From a virus (taxonomy: Duplodnaviria > Caudoviricetes), in IMG/VR virus record IMGVR_UViG_3300030107_003312, positions 1 through 35,471 of that record: a stretch of 35,471 bases of DNA. One strand, written 5' to 3'. Both the position numbers and the translations under genes were made by a program. Positions 1 through 9,751 of this stretch are shown here, piece after piece (the stretch's first letter is position 1; every line of letters starts with the position of its first letter). The notes beneath the pieces are model-generated. The model saw nothing but the letters and a program-made list of their open reading frames with translations, had not been told where the DNA came from and made no database searches.

Positions 1-632
1 ACAAGGCAGTATGGACTGCAAAGAAACGATACATGATGAGTGTTCATGATTCCGAAGGTATTCGTTATTCGGAACCTAAGTTGAAAATCATGGGTATAGA
101 AACTACTCGTTCCTCCACGCCTCAGGTTGTTCGTGATGCATTGAAGGAAGCAATTGATTTGATTCTCACCACGGATGAAGAAACTGTAATTGAGTTTATC
201 GATAACTTCCGAAACAAATTCAATGCATTCGACCCAGAGGACATTGCATTTCCTCGTGGCGTTAATGGAATGAACAAGTACAGTGATAGGAATTCCATCT
301 ATAAGAAGTCAACACCGATTGCGGTGAAGGGTAGTTTAATTTATAATTACTATCTTGATGATTTGAAGTTGGGCAAGAAGTATCGAAAGATTATTGATGG
401 AGATAAGATTAAGTTTCTACATCTTAAGTCTCCCAATCCGTTGGGTGGTATTGCAGGAACAGACCAGATTGTAGCATTTCCAAATAGTCTTCCAAGAGAG
501 TTTGGGTTGCAAGAGTTCATTGATTATGATACTCAATTCGAGAAGTCATTCTTAGAGCCTATCAAGAATATTCTTGAGAAGATTGGTTGGAACCATGAAC
601 ATGTTTCAACATTGGAGAGTTTCTTTGGATAA
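1..632 (+). CDS. 43: Family B DNA polymerase (T4 gp43-like), C-terminal part; gene starts upstream of the window
   Basis: Frame is open from position 3: KAVWTAKKRY...KLKIMGIETTRSSTP, DIAFPRGVN, IDYDTQFEKSF; ends in clamp-binding-like tail STLESFFG. Confidence 0.97.
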   Translation, partial: KAVWTAKKRYMMSVHDSEGIRYSEPKLKIMGIETTRSSTPQVVRDALKEAIDLILTTDEETVIEFIDNFRNKFNAFDPEDIAFPRGVNGMNKYSDRNSIYKKSTPIAVKGSLIYNYYLDDLKLGKKYRKIIDGDKIKFLHLKSPNPLGGIAGTDQIVAFPNSLPREFGLQEFIDYDTQFEKSFLEPIKNILEKIGWNHEHVSTLESFFG

Positions 633-1254
633 GTTGAACAAACATGATTGCGAGATGCAACTATGTAACTTCTCAGATATACGACATATCTTTGAAGACT
701 TTCATTATAGGAAAGGTCACATGGGAGGCGGTATCAGTCAATGCTTTGCGATGCTTATAAAGAATGAATTGGTTGGTGGTAGTGTTCTTGGAAAACCACG
801 ACACGAAAGCAAGTACGAGAACTGTATTGATATTCGTAGAATGGCATGTTTAGATGATGCACCATTCAATAGTGAGAGTTGGTTTCTTGGAAGTATATTG
901 AAATATCTTTTGGCAAACACTAAGTATGACGGAGTATTGTCGTACTCTGATTTAACTCAGGGACATATTGGGACAATATACAAAGCAACAAACTTCACTG
1001 AAACAGGTAAGACATCACCAACTAAATATGTTGAATGGAATGATAAGGTGTATCATATGAGGTCATTGACAATCGACAGACCATATTCGTATGAGATGAG
1101 AAAAGCAGTTAAAGACGGAACTGCAATTATAAAAACAGGAGAGCCAAAAATCATATGGATGTATGATTTAAAAGGCAGAAGAAAAAAGAAAAGAATGGGC
1201 AAAGTAAATTTGAAGACATATGGTGTGTCTACCCTAGAGGAATATTTGTCATGA
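625..1254 (+). CDS. Mom-like GNAT-fold DNA (adenine) modification protein
   Basis: FHY, IRRMACLDDAPFNSESWFL and SYSDLTQGHIGTIYKATNF match Mu Mom-family motifs; probable TTG start at 625 with GGAG upstream, overlapping the gp43 stop. Confidence 0.8.
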   Translation: MDKLNKHDCEMQLCNFSDIRHIFEDFHYRKGHMGGGISQCFAMLIKNELVGGSVLGKPRHESKYENCIDIRRMACLDDAPFNSESWFLGSILKYLLANTKYDGVLSYSDLTQGHIGTIYKATNFTETGKTSPTKYVEWNDKVYHMRSLTIDRPYSYEMRKAVKDGTAIIKTGEPKIIWMYDLKGRRKKKRMGKVNLKTYGVSTLEEYLS

Positions 1255-1448
1255 ATTCAGGATATATTGAGTATAAGACGGTAATTTTTATTGAAGATGT
1301 TTTACAAACACAATTGGTAAAACAAAAGAAAAGACTTCTTGAGTGCCAAAAAGATAAAAATTGTAATATGGAAATTTACGAAAATCAACTAGACTTTTGT
1401 AACAAATTAGAGTATGCTATAAAGGAAATGGAGAAATTTAAAACATGA
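1251..1448 (+). CDS. Hypothetical protein (65 aa)
   Basis: ATGA overlaps with both neighbours; GAGG upstream. Confidence 0.7.
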   Translation: MNSGYIEYKTVIFIEDVLQTQLVKQKKRLLECQKDKNCNMEIYENQLDFCNKLEYAIKEMEKFKT

Positions 1449-2482
1449 GTGACTTTCTAAAAGATATTATTAAGAGTTCTGGTAATGAATATGCCGGCGT
1501 CGCGTCCGAAGGTATTGATGGAAGTGATGTGACAGGATTTGTTGATACAGGTTCTTATGCGTTCAATGCTCTGTTGTCTGGTTCACTTTATGGTGGTATT
1601 CCAAACAATAAGATTATGGCATTAGCAGGTGAGTCAGCAACAGGCAAGACATATTTTGCATTGGGTATGTGTAAGAAGTTTCTGGATGATAACCCCGATG
1701 GTGTTATTCTTTACTTTGACACAGAACAAGCAATCACATCAGACATGATTTCTGAAAGAGGAATGGACCCATCAAGAGTTGCTATTTTCCCAGTTGCAAC
1801 AGTTGAGAATTTTAGACATCAAGCAATTAGCATTGTAGATAAGTATATCGAGACGAAGGACAGTAAACCTGTCTTTGTCGTTCTTGACTCACTTGGTATG
1901 CTTTCTACAGAGAAAGAAATGAACGACACCGCAGAAGGCAAGTCAACCCGCGACATGACTCGGGCCCAAGTAATCAAGGCTACTTTCCGTGTGCTTACTC
2001 TCAAGTTGGGTAAAGCAGGTATTCCACTTATTATGACAAACCACACATATCAAGTTGTTGGTGCCTATGTTCCGATGAAGGAGATGGGTGGTGGTACTGG
2101 ATTGAAGTATGCCGCTTCTACGATTGTTTATCTTTCAAAGAAGAAGGACAAAGATGGTACTGATATTATTGGTAACATAATCAGGTGTAAGTTGTTCAAG
2201 GGAAGGTTTACAAAAGAGAATAAAGAGGTTGAGGTTCAGTTGAACTATGATACTGGTCTAAATCCTTATTATGGTTTGGTGCCAATTGCAATCAAGTATG
2301 ATATTTTCAAGAAGGTTTCCACTCGCATTGAATTGCCAGATGGTAAGACTGCCTTTGAGAAGTCTATCAATAACGACCCCGAAAAGTATTTCACAAAAGA
2401 TGTGATGGAAAAACTAGAAGAGGCAGTTGCAAAAGAATTTAAATACGGTAGTGTAGATAAGGAGATTAAAACTGATGAGTAA
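1445..2482 (+). CDS. uvsX: UvsX RecA-like recombinase
   Basis: Walker [40 protein letters not shown]. Confidence 0.96.
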   Translation: MSDFLKDIIKSSGNEYAGVASEGIDGSDVTGFVDTGSYAFNALLSGSLYGGIPNNKIMALAGESATGKTYFALGMCKKFLDDNPDGVILYFDTEQAITSDMISERGMDPSRVAIFPVATVENFRHQAISIVDKYIETKDSKPVFVVLDSLGMLSTEKEMNDTAEGKSTRDMTRAQVIKATFRVLTLKLGKAGIPLIMTNHTYQVVGAYVPMKEMGGGTGLKYAASTIVYLSKKKDKDGTDIIGNIIRCKLFKGRFTKENKEVEVQLNYDTGLNPYYGLVPIAIKYDIFKKVSTRIELPDGKTAFEKSINNDPEKYFTKDVMEKLEEAVAKEFKYGSVDKEIKTDE

Positions 2483-2783
2483 GATATATGAATATGATGA
2501 TGGGTTAGTTGTCGGTGAAGGAAATGTTCCTATTAAAATTACAAAAGGACCATATAAAGGTACTGTTTTTACATATGGAACGGTATCATTTTCAGAAGAA
2601 GATGATTCTGTAAAATGTAATTTTCAATACAACATCATAGAAAAATCAAATGATTTAATAGAAGATAAAATCTTTATAGACCAATTGGGTAAGATTTTGG
2701 TTGATATTCTATCAGAAGAAATCCAAGAAGCAGAAGATGATTTTCTTAGGTCAGGATTGCCATTAACAAATGAAGACAGTTGA
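2475..2783 (+). CDS. 40: gp40-like head vertex assembly chaperone
   Basis: Position between uvsX and gp41 as in T4-like phages; size about 100 aa; [15 protein letters not shown] pattern. Confidence 0.6.
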   Translation: MSKIYEYDDGLVVGEGNVPIKITKGPYKGTVFTYGTVSFSEEDDSVKCNFQYNIIEKSNDLIEDKIFIDQLGKILVDILSEEIQEAEDDFLRSGLPLTNEDS

Positions 2784-4197
2784 ACATGTAATCTTAGAAA
2801 ACTTATTGTATAATGACGAGTACTCACGAAGAGTAGTTCCTTTTCTGAAAGATGAATACTTTCACGACAGAATAGAAAAGATTCTTTACCGTACCATTGG
2901 TGACTTTATACTCAAGTACAACAACCTTCCTACAAAGGAAGCAGTTGTTATTGATATAGATAAGAATAAGTCCATCACCGAAGATGAATACAAAGGTGTT
3001 ATTGATTTGATGGACACTTTAGAGAAGAAGGATAACCTACCAGACTTTGATTGGTTAGTTACTGAAACAGAAACTTTTTGTAAAGACAAGGCGGTGTATA
3101 ATGCCATTATGGAATCAATTCACATCATCGACGGTAAGTCGGCGACAAAGACAGAGAATGCAATCCCAAACATCCTTTCGGACGCCCTCGCAGTATCCTT
3201 CGACACCCACATCGGACACGACTACATCGAAGACTCAGACGAACGATTCGAGTTCTACCACAAAGTTGAAAAACGAGTCCCCTTCGACTTAGACTTCTTC
3301 AACACAATTACAAATGGTGGAACACCACAGAAGACACTGAATATCGTAATGGCAGGTACAGGTGTTGGTAAGTCATTGTTCATGTGTCATCATGCCGCAA
3401 ACTGTCTTTCACAGAATCTGAATGTTCTTTACATTACATGTGAGATGGCAGAGGAACGCATCGCAGAAAGAATTGATGCAAACCTCATGGACATCACAAT
3501 GGATAATCTGAAAGACTTGCCAAAACAAATGTATGATAGTAAATTGAATACAACAACAGCAGGAATCACAGGTAAACTTATCATCAAGGAATATCCTACT
3601 GCAACTGCCAATTCAAATCATTTCCGAATTCTTCTTGATGAATTGAATATCAAGAAGAAGTTTAAACCAGATATCATCTTCGTTGATTACTTGAACATCT
3701 GTGCATCAGCAAGACTGAAGACAGGTGGAAACATTAACACATATCAATATGTGAAATCTATTGCAGAAGAACTTCGTGGACTGGCAGTGCAATATAATGT
3801 CCCTATCTGGTCTGCGACACAGACTAATAGAACAGGTTACTCCAGTACTGATGTCGGACTCGAAGATACTTCAGAGTCGTTTGGACTTCCTGCTACTGCC
3901 GACTTTATGGTTGCATTGATTTCCACAGAAGAATTAGATGAACAGAATCAAGTTCTTGTAAAGCAACTCAAGAACCGTTATAATGATACAGTTGCGAACC
4001 GAAAATTCATTCTTGGAATCAACCGTGCGAAGATGAAACTATCAGATGTAAAGAGAGACGAACAACAGGGTTTGGTTCAATCTAATCAAACACAAGCCAG
4101 CACACTTGGTTCTGGCTTCAATGGCGAAAACTTTGAGGAAAAGTTTCAGGCGGATAAACGGGCGGATAAAGAGAAGTTTACGAGTTGGAATATCTAA
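2770..4197 (+). CDS. 41: Replicative DnaB-like helicase gp41
   Basis: AGTGVGKS Walker A, YITCEMAEERIAERIDAN, IFVDYLNIC, SATQTNR, TSESFGLPATAD, KQLKNRY. Confidence 0.97.
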   Translation: MKTVEHVILENLLYNDEYSRRVVPFLKDEYFHDRIEKILYRTIGDFILKYNNLPTKEAVVIDIDKNKSITEDEYKGVIDLMDTLEKKDNLPDFDWLVTETETFCKDKAVYNAIMESIHIIDGKSATKTENAIPNILSDALAVSFDTHIGHDYIEDSDERFEFYHKVEKRVPFDLDFFNTITNGGTPQKTLNIVMAGTGVGKSLFMCHHAANCLSQNLNVLYITCEMAEERIAERIDANLMDITMDNLKDLPKQMYDSKLNTTTAGITGKLIIKEYPTATANSNHFRILLDELNIKKKFKPDIIFVDYLNICASARLKTGGNINTYQYVKSIAEELRGLAVQYNVPIWSATQTNRTGYSSTDVGLEDTSESFGLPATADFMVALISTEELDEQNQVLVKQLKNRYNDTVANRKFILGINRAKMKLSDVKRDEQQGLVQSNQTQASTLGSGFNGENFEEKFQADKRADKEKFTSWNI

Positions 4198-5252
4198 TGA
4201 GTACCTATATCGATAAGAAATTTATAAATATGGTTTCTCCTCGGTTGGAGAAGTTTACATGGAAGAAAGATAACCTTGCAAATTGTAGGTGTCCTATATG
4301 TGGAGATTCTACAAAGAACCGAAACAAAGCCAGAGGATTTTTTTATCAAAAAGGTAATGATTTTTTCTATAAATGTCACAACTGTGGAGTCGGACTCAAC
4401 CTATATAATTTCTTAAAGGATGTATCACCTTCGTTATGTAAAGAATATTCTTTGGAAAGATATCGAAACGGTGAGAACGGTAAGTCAAATTATAAAAAGC
4501 CAAAGGAAGAAGACTTGTTTCGATTCAAAGACTCAGCACCAAAATTTAAGAAGAAAGATAAACTCCTCGATGAGTTGACTTGTCTCACAGAATTACCAGA
4601 AGACCATGTTGCAGTTCAGTTTGCCAACATGAGAATGATTCCAAAACAACATTTTAAGTTGTTGTATTATACAGAAGATTTCACATCATTTGCAGGACAC
4701 TTGGACGAAGATAACACATTATACGGCAAGGAGGAAAGACTGGTAATTCCATTCTTTAACAGTCGTGGTGATGTTGTCGCATGTCAAGGTCGTGCATTAA
4801 ATATGGCTGATGAAGTGAAAGCAAGAGAGACTGTCAAGTACATTACTATTAAAGGTGACAAGAGTATTGATAGACTTTGGTATGGTCTTTGGAGAGTGGA
4901 CCCGAAGAAGAGAGTCTATGTTGTTGAAGGACCAATTGATTCTTTGTTCTTGCAGAATGCGACAGCAATGGTTGGTGCAGGTGCGTTGAAAGAAGTTCCA
5001 CTTCGGTTTGAAAATTCAGAGATGACTTACATTCTCGATAACGAACCACGCAACAGGCAGATTTGTGCATACATTGAAAAACTTATTGAGTTAGGAAGAG
5101 ATGTTTGTATCTGGCCAGACAATGTAGCAGAAAAAGATGTGAACGATATGGCATATAGAATGTCAACTCGTAAGATTCAGAAGATGATTGATGAAAATAC
5201 TTTCAACGGACTGGAAGCAAAACTTAGATTTCGTGAATGGAGAAAGATATGA
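4197..5252 (+). CDS. 61: DNA primase gp61
   Basis: Zn finger CRCPICGDS...YKCHNCG; TOPRIM VVEGPIDSLF, DNEPRN, KDVNDM; ATG at 4197 overlaps the helicase stop. Confidence 0.96.
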   Translation: MSTYIDKKFINMVSPRLEKFTWKKDNLANCRCPICGDSTKNRNKARGFFYQKGNDFFYKCHNCGVGLNLYNFLKDVSPSLCKEYSLERYRNGENGKSNYKKPKEEDLFRFKDSAPKFKKKDKLLDELTCLTELPEDHVAVQFANMRMIPKQHFKLLYYTEDFTSFAGHLDEDNTLYGKEERLVIPFFNSRGDVVACQGRALNMADEVKARETVKYITIKGDKSIDRLWYGLWRVDPKKRVYVVEGPIDSLFLQNATAMVGAGALKEVPLRFENSEMTYILDNEPRNRQICAYIEKLIELGRDVCIWPDNVAEKDVNDMAYRMSTRKIQKMIDENTFNGLEAKLRFREWRKI

Positions 5253-5422
5253 ATAAGAAAGATATCAAAAAAACATTTGAAAGTTTATTGCAGTACGGTT
5301 GGATGTGGGGAAGACCAAAGTACATAGAGGATTGGGATTTACTGTTCAAATACTACAAAGAAGAATTGAATGACGGTAAAGAGTTTGAACCAGACAGAAC
5401 AAAGAAAGCGAAAGCAACATGA
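5249..5422 (+). CDS. Hypothetical protein (57 aa)
   Basis: ATGA overlaps at both ends; GGAG upstream. Confidence 0.65.
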   Translation: MNKKDIKKTFESLLQYGWMWGRPKYIEDWDLLFKYYKEELNDGKEFEPDRTKKAKAT

Positions 5423-6135
5423 ATAGGGTTGAAGTTTTAGACAAGGGACATATTGAATTAGTGAGTTACATGGGCAGTGACTTGACGGTTGTAAATGCCG
5501 CTAGAGTTTCTTTTGCGAACGAAAGTCATTTTGATATCGACCACGGTGGCATGCCTTCCCTATCTGAGAAGGACACAAAACTTATTCGATATCTTGCAAA
5601 GCACAATCACTGGACACCATTCGCACATCCACAAATCACTCTAAGGATTAAAGCACCCGTTTCTATTCGGACACAATTCTTCAAGCATAAGCAGGGGTTT
5701 GTAGAGAATGAAGTGAGTCGAAGATATGTTGATGATGAACCAGAGTTCTACCATCCACAATTCCGTAAACGACCAAGTAAAGGAATGAAGCAAGGTAGTG
5801 ATGGGGTGTTGGAATGTAGAGATGGTGGAGCAGAAACATCTGGAGGGTTTGCAACACATCCTTTATATGAATCATACAAGCATGTCATGAAAAGTGCAAT
5901 GTCAACTTATGAGGACTTGATTGCATCTAATGTTGCACCAGAGCAGGCCAGATTCGTTCTTCCGCAATCTATGTACACGGAATGGTATTGGACAGGTTCA
6001 CTCGCAGCGTATGGAAGATTTTATAAACAACGCATTGATGAACACGCACAATGGGAAATTCAACAATATGCAGAAGCAGTAGGAAAAATTATTGAGCCAT
6101 TGTTTCCTGTTTCGTGGACTGAACTTACAAACTAA
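5419..6135 (+). CDS. thyX: Flavin-dependent thymidylate synthase ThyX
   Basis: VVNAARVSF, HWTPF, NEVSRRYV, PEQARFVLPQ, HAQWEI. Confidence 0.96.
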   Translation: MNRVEVLDKGHIELVSYMGSDLTVVNAARVSFANESHFDIDHGGMPSLSEKDTKLIRYLAKHNHWTPFAHPQITLRIKAPVSIRTQFFKHKQGFVENEVSRRYVDDEPEFYHPQFRKRPSKGMKQGSDGVLECRDGGAETSGGFATHPLYESYKHVMKSAMSTYEDLIASNVAPEQARFVLPQSMYTEWYWTGSLAAYGRFYKQRIDEHAQWEIQQYAEAVGKIIEPLFPVSWTELTN

Positions 6136-6143
6136 TATAAATA
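6136..6143 (+). promoter_or_regulatory. T4 late-type promoter TATAAATA upstream of nrdJ
   Basis: Exact TATAAATA in intergenic DNA followed by GAGGAG SD. Confidence 0.6.
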
Positions 6144-6176
6144 AACACATACACTTTATTATGAGGAGAAGTGATA

Positions 6177-8105
6177 ATGTCATTACCAACACCCTTTCAA
6201 GATTTTATCCATCTAAGTAGATATTCTAGATGGCAGGAGGAAAAAGGAAGACGAGAAACATGGGAGGAAACAGTTTCTCGTTACTTCGATTTTTTTGTAG
6301 AACATCTAGAAGAGAATCAAGGTTATAAGGTATCGAAAAAAGAACGAGAAGAGTTACAGAATGCAACCATTGAACTGAAGGTAATGCCGTCAATGAGAGC
6401 ATTGATGACCGCGGGCGAAGCATTGAAGCGTGACCATGTTGCGGGTTATAATTGTGCATATGTAAGTGCAGGTAGGGTCCGTTCGTTTGATGAAATTCTT
6501 TACATTCTCATGTGTGGTACTGGTGTTGGGTTCAGTGTAGAAAGGGATTTTCTAGGAAAGTTGGCAACGATTGCCGAGGAGTTTGAAGACAGTGATACGA
6601 CAATTGTGGTACAAGATAGCAAGTTGGGTTGGGCGAAATCATACAAAGAACTCACATCACTACTCATTAGTGGTCAAGTTCCACAATGGGATTTGTCGAA
6701 GATACGGCCTGCGGGGGAACGACTTAAAACTTTCGGTGGTAGAAGTTCAGGACCAGAACCACTGGATGATTTATTCAAGTTCACAGTGGATACCTATAAA
6801 AAGGCTAGTGGAAGAAAACTCACCTCGATTGAATGCCACGATATCATCTGCAAAATTGCTGAGATTGTTGTCGTCGGGGGGGTACGAAGAAGTGCGCTCA
6901 TCTCGTTATCATCTCTCACAGACGAACGAATGCGGGAAGCAAAGACTGGTCAATGGTGGCACGAAAACCCACAAAGAGCATTGTCGAACAACTCAGTAGC
7001 ATATAAAGAAAAACCAGAGATTGGTACATTCATGGACGAGTGGGTTTCACTCTACAAGTCTAAGTCTGGTGAGCGTGGTATCTTCAACCGTGATGCCGCA
7101 AAGAAAACAATTGAAAAACTTGGAGACCGTCGAGACCCAAATTATGATTTCGGATGCAATCCATGTTCGGAGATTCTTCTTCGTGACAGAGAGTTCTGCA
7201 ATCTTACTGAAGTGGTAGTTCGTAAAGAGGACACTGTTGAAACTCTCAAAGAGAAAGTAAGACTTGCCACTATTCTAGGAACATGGCAAGCAACCTTAAC
7301 AAACTTCCGTTATCTTTCAAGTGAATGGAAAAACAATTGCGAAGAGGAAAGACTTCTTGGTGTTTCTCTCACAGGTATTATGGATAATGATTTAATGAAT
7401 GGTAGAAAAGGTAAAGAAATCCTTGAGTCCACTCTTAAATCTCTAAGAGAGGTTGCAATTGAAACTAACAAACAACTCGCCAAGAAATTTAATATCAACC
7501 AATCAGCCGCAATCACATGCGTGAAACCAAGTGGTACAGTTTCTCAATTAGTAGATGCTTCTTCTGGTATTCATGCCCGCCATGCTGAACATTATATTCG
7601 TACAGTTCGTGCAGACATCAAAGACCCGTTGTGTAAGTTTATGATTGATGAAGGATTCCCTGCGGAACCAGATGTAATGAAACCAGAACACACAATGGTA
7701 TTTTCATTCCCAGTACAAGCACCGAAGGGGTGTGTTGTAAGAACAGAGATGACAGCAACCGAACAATTAGAACATTGGCTTTTATATCAACGACATTGGT
7801 GTGAACATAAACCAAGTGTTACTGTTACTGTGAAAGAACATGAGTGGATGGAAGTCGGTGCATGGGTTTACAAACACTTCGATGAAGTAAGTGGAGTTTC
7901 ATTCTTACCACATTCAGACCATAATTATAGACAGGCGCCTTATCAGGATTGTACAAAGCAAGAGTATAAGGAACTTCTCAAAAAGATGCCAAAGGATGTG
8001 AATTGGGAAAAATTATCAGATTATGAGAAAGAAGATAACACTTCGGGTTCCCAAACTCTCGCCTGTAGTGGTGGCGCATGTGAAATCGTCGATTTAACTA
8101 ACTAA
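6177..8105 (+). CDS. nrdJ: Class II (adenosylcobalamin-dependent) ribonucleotide reductase, monomeric type
   Basis: MPSMRALM, YNC, GGVRRSA, NPCSEI, CNLTEV, TCVKPSGTVSQL, C-terminal ACSGGACEI; no adjacent NrdB. Confidence 0.93.
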   Translation: MSLPTPFQDFIHLSRYSRWQEEKGRRETWEETVSRYFDFFVEHLEENQGYKVSKKEREELQNATIELKVMPSMRALMTAGEALKRDHVAGYNCAYVSAGRVRSFDEILYILMCGTGVGFSVERDFLGKLATIAEEFEDSDTTIVVQDSKLGWAKSYKELTSLLISGQVPQWDLSKIRPAGERLKTFGGRSSGPEPLDDLFKFTVDTYKKASGRKLTSIECHDIICKIAEIVVVGGVRRSALISLSSLTDERMREAKTGQWWHENPQRALSNNSVAYKEKPEIGTFMDEWVSLYKSKSGERGIFNRDAAKKTIEKLGDRRDPNYDFGCNPCSEILLRDREFCNLTEVVVRKEDTVETLKEKVRLATILGTWQATLTNFRYLSSEWKNNCEEERLLGVSLTGIMDNDLMNGRKGKEILESTLKSLREVAIETNKQLAKKFNINQSAAITCVKPSGTVSQLVDASSGIHARHAEHYIRTVRADIKDPLCKFMIDEGFPAEPDVMKPEHTMVFSFPVQAPKGCVVRTEMTATEQLEHWLLYQRHWCEHKPSVTVTVKEHEWMEVGAWVYKHFDEVSGVSFLPHSDHNYRQAPYQDCTKQEYKELLKKMPKDVNWEKLSDYEKEDNTSGSQTLACSGGACEIVDLTN

Positions 8106-8122
8106 AAAATATTAATTTTTAT

Positions 8123-8150
8123 TTGACATAACCCGTTATCGTACTATAAT
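8123..8150 (+). promoter_or_regulatory. Sigma70-type promoter for the porin operon
   Basis: TTGACA (8123-8128), 16-nt spacer, TATAAT (8145-8150), AT-rich UP region. Confidence 0.75.
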
Positions 8151-8283
8151 GGGTGGTTACTTCTCACTTAGAGAATACAAAGTCACTATATAAGTGACAT
8201 ATTAAAACGAGTCGGAGTTGACTCACGATGCACAACGCATCAGCCCTCTAGCCGGGTTTAACTTAGAAACAAGGAGAAAAGTT

Positions 8284-8478
8284 ATGGCTAATTCAAAAGA
8301 GTGTCCTGTCGTGGGATGCGGAAACGATGTGGTGACAAACACCCTACGCAAAGTAGGCATTTGTCGTAGTCTTATGATTACCCTCGCACTTCTACCATTC
8401 TCATGGAACGGTGTTGTTTGGGTAGCAGATGCTGTCCAGTCCCTTTGGAACGCTGCCACCAGTGCAGTAGGAACTTGA
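8284..8478 (+). CDS. Small Cys-containing membrane protein (64 aa)
   Basis: AAGGAG SD before ATG 8284; hydrophobic LMITLALLPFSWNGVVWV. Confidence 0.75.
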   Translation: MANSKECPVVGCGNDVVTNTLRKVGICRSLMITLALLPFSWNGVVWVADAVQSLWNAATSAVGT

Positions 8479-8509
8479 CTTCGGTTTTTCCGATTCAAGG
8501 AGGTATCCT

Positions 8510-9640
8510 ATGAACAAGAAAAAGTGGACAATTTATGGAGCAATCGCGGCCGCAATGGTGTTGACATCATTTGCTCTTGCTGATGAACCTTCTTACGAAG
8601 ACCTTCAAGCAAGACTCGATGTTGCCGAGGCACGCATTGCTGAATTGGATGCATCGCGAGAACCAACTTGGTTGGAAACTCGCCGAAGTGAAGAAGTTCG
8701 TTCTCTCGTAAAGGATGTTCTTGCTGATGCAGATACCCGCACAATGATGCAGGGTAATGGAAGTCCAATCACAGTAAATGTGGGTGGATTTGTGCAATCA
8801 CGATACACTTATAACGGTGGTGGTGAAGATGAAGCCAATCATGGTTTCAGTGTTCCCCGTGCCCGTCTTATCCTCTCAGGTAGTATTTACGACTGGGGTT
8901 ATAAGGTAAGTGGACAATGGTCCGAAGGCGGAGAATTTACACTTAAGGATGCATACGCAGACTATAGTGGTTTCCGTGTAGGACAATTCAAGTCACCATT
9001 CATGCGTGAAGTTCTTGTCTCACAGACAGACACACTCATGACTGACCGTTCAATCGTGTCCAATCAGTTTGGACAGGGTCGTTCGCAAGGTGTTCAGTAT
9101 GGTCACGATTTCGGTAGATTCGATGTCAAAGTCGCATACACCGATGGTTTCGATACTGCAAATGGTGCAGGTGTCCAGAATGGACAAGCATTCACTGGTC
9201 GTGCATCTGTTGATGTTCTTGACTGGTGGAATGTTGGTGCTGCCGTTTCATGGAATGATTTGGTAGACCTAAGTTACACCACATACACTGTTGATACAAA
9301 GGTATCGACTGGTGGTCTTGACTTGACTGCCGCCTATGTTGCTACTACTGGCGATGCCGGTGACAACTGGGGCACAACAGTTCAAGCAGGTTACATGTGC
9401 ATGGATAACCTACAGGGTTTCGTTGCATATGAGTATGGTGAAATTGAAGGTGTTGAAGAGAACCTAAGTGTATTCACCGTTGGTGGAAACTACTGGTTCA
9501 ACGATAATGTCAAGTGGACTACCGATTTCGGTTATGCACTCAATGGCATTAATGGTGCGTGGGACTTGGGTGAAACTGGCTGGAATGCTGGTGACTCAGG
9601 CGAGTATCTCGTCCGCACCCAACTTCAGATTAAGTTCTGA
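8510..9640 (+). CDS. Outer-membrane beta-barrel porin (OprO/OprP-like) with N-terminal coiled coil
   Basis: Signal peptide (ALA/D), coiled coil, GFSVPRARL, LKDAY, RVGQFKSPF, alternating beta strands, terminal LVRTQLQIKF beta-signal; AAGGAGG SD. Confidence 0.85.
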   Translation: MNKKKWTIYGAIAAAMVLTSFALADEPSYEDLQARLDVAEARIAELDASREPTWLETRRSEEVRSLVKDVLADADTRTMMQGNGSPITVNVGGFVQSRYTYNGGGEDEANHGFSVPRARLILSGSIYDWGYKVSGQWSEGGEFTLKDAYADYSGFRVGQFKSPFMREVLVSQTDTLMTDRSIVSNQFGQGRSQGVQYGHDFGRFDVKVAYTDGFDTANGAGVQNGQAFTGRASVDVLDWWNVGAAVSWNDLVDLSYTTYTVDTKVSTGGLDLTAAYVATTGDAGDNWGTTVQAGYMCMDNLQGFVAYEYGEIEGVEENLSVFTVGGNYWFNDNVKWTTDFGYALNGINGAWDLGETGWNAGDSGEYLVRTQLQIKF

Positions 9641-9682
9641 TTGAAGGTAAGTCCTTAACTGGTCCTTGATGACCGGCACTTC

Positions 9683-9720
9683 ACAACAGCCCCTTGTCTT
9701 CGGACAGGGGGTTGTTTTTT
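9683..9720 (+). terminator. Rho-independent terminator
   Basis: CCCCTTGTC-TTCG-GACAGGGGG stem followed by TTGTTTTTT. Confidence 0.85.
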
Positions 9721-9727
9721 ATACATA
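9720..9727 (+). promoter_or_regulatory. Late-type promoter variant TATACATA
   Basis: The same octamer precedes several genes (11410, 23094-, 30450-, 31685, 32935-). Confidence 0.6.
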
Positions 9728-9751
9728 TAGCATACACTATAGGAGAATCTC

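Noticed and set aside
8182-8198. NrdR box
   Set aside because: Palindrome core is one base shorter than the consensus I recall and lies downstream of nrdJ
9645-9680. Complementarity to 16S around positions 1155-1180 (TGCCGGT..CAA..ACC)
   Set aside because: Only about 7 contiguous matches and gaps are needed; compatible with chance
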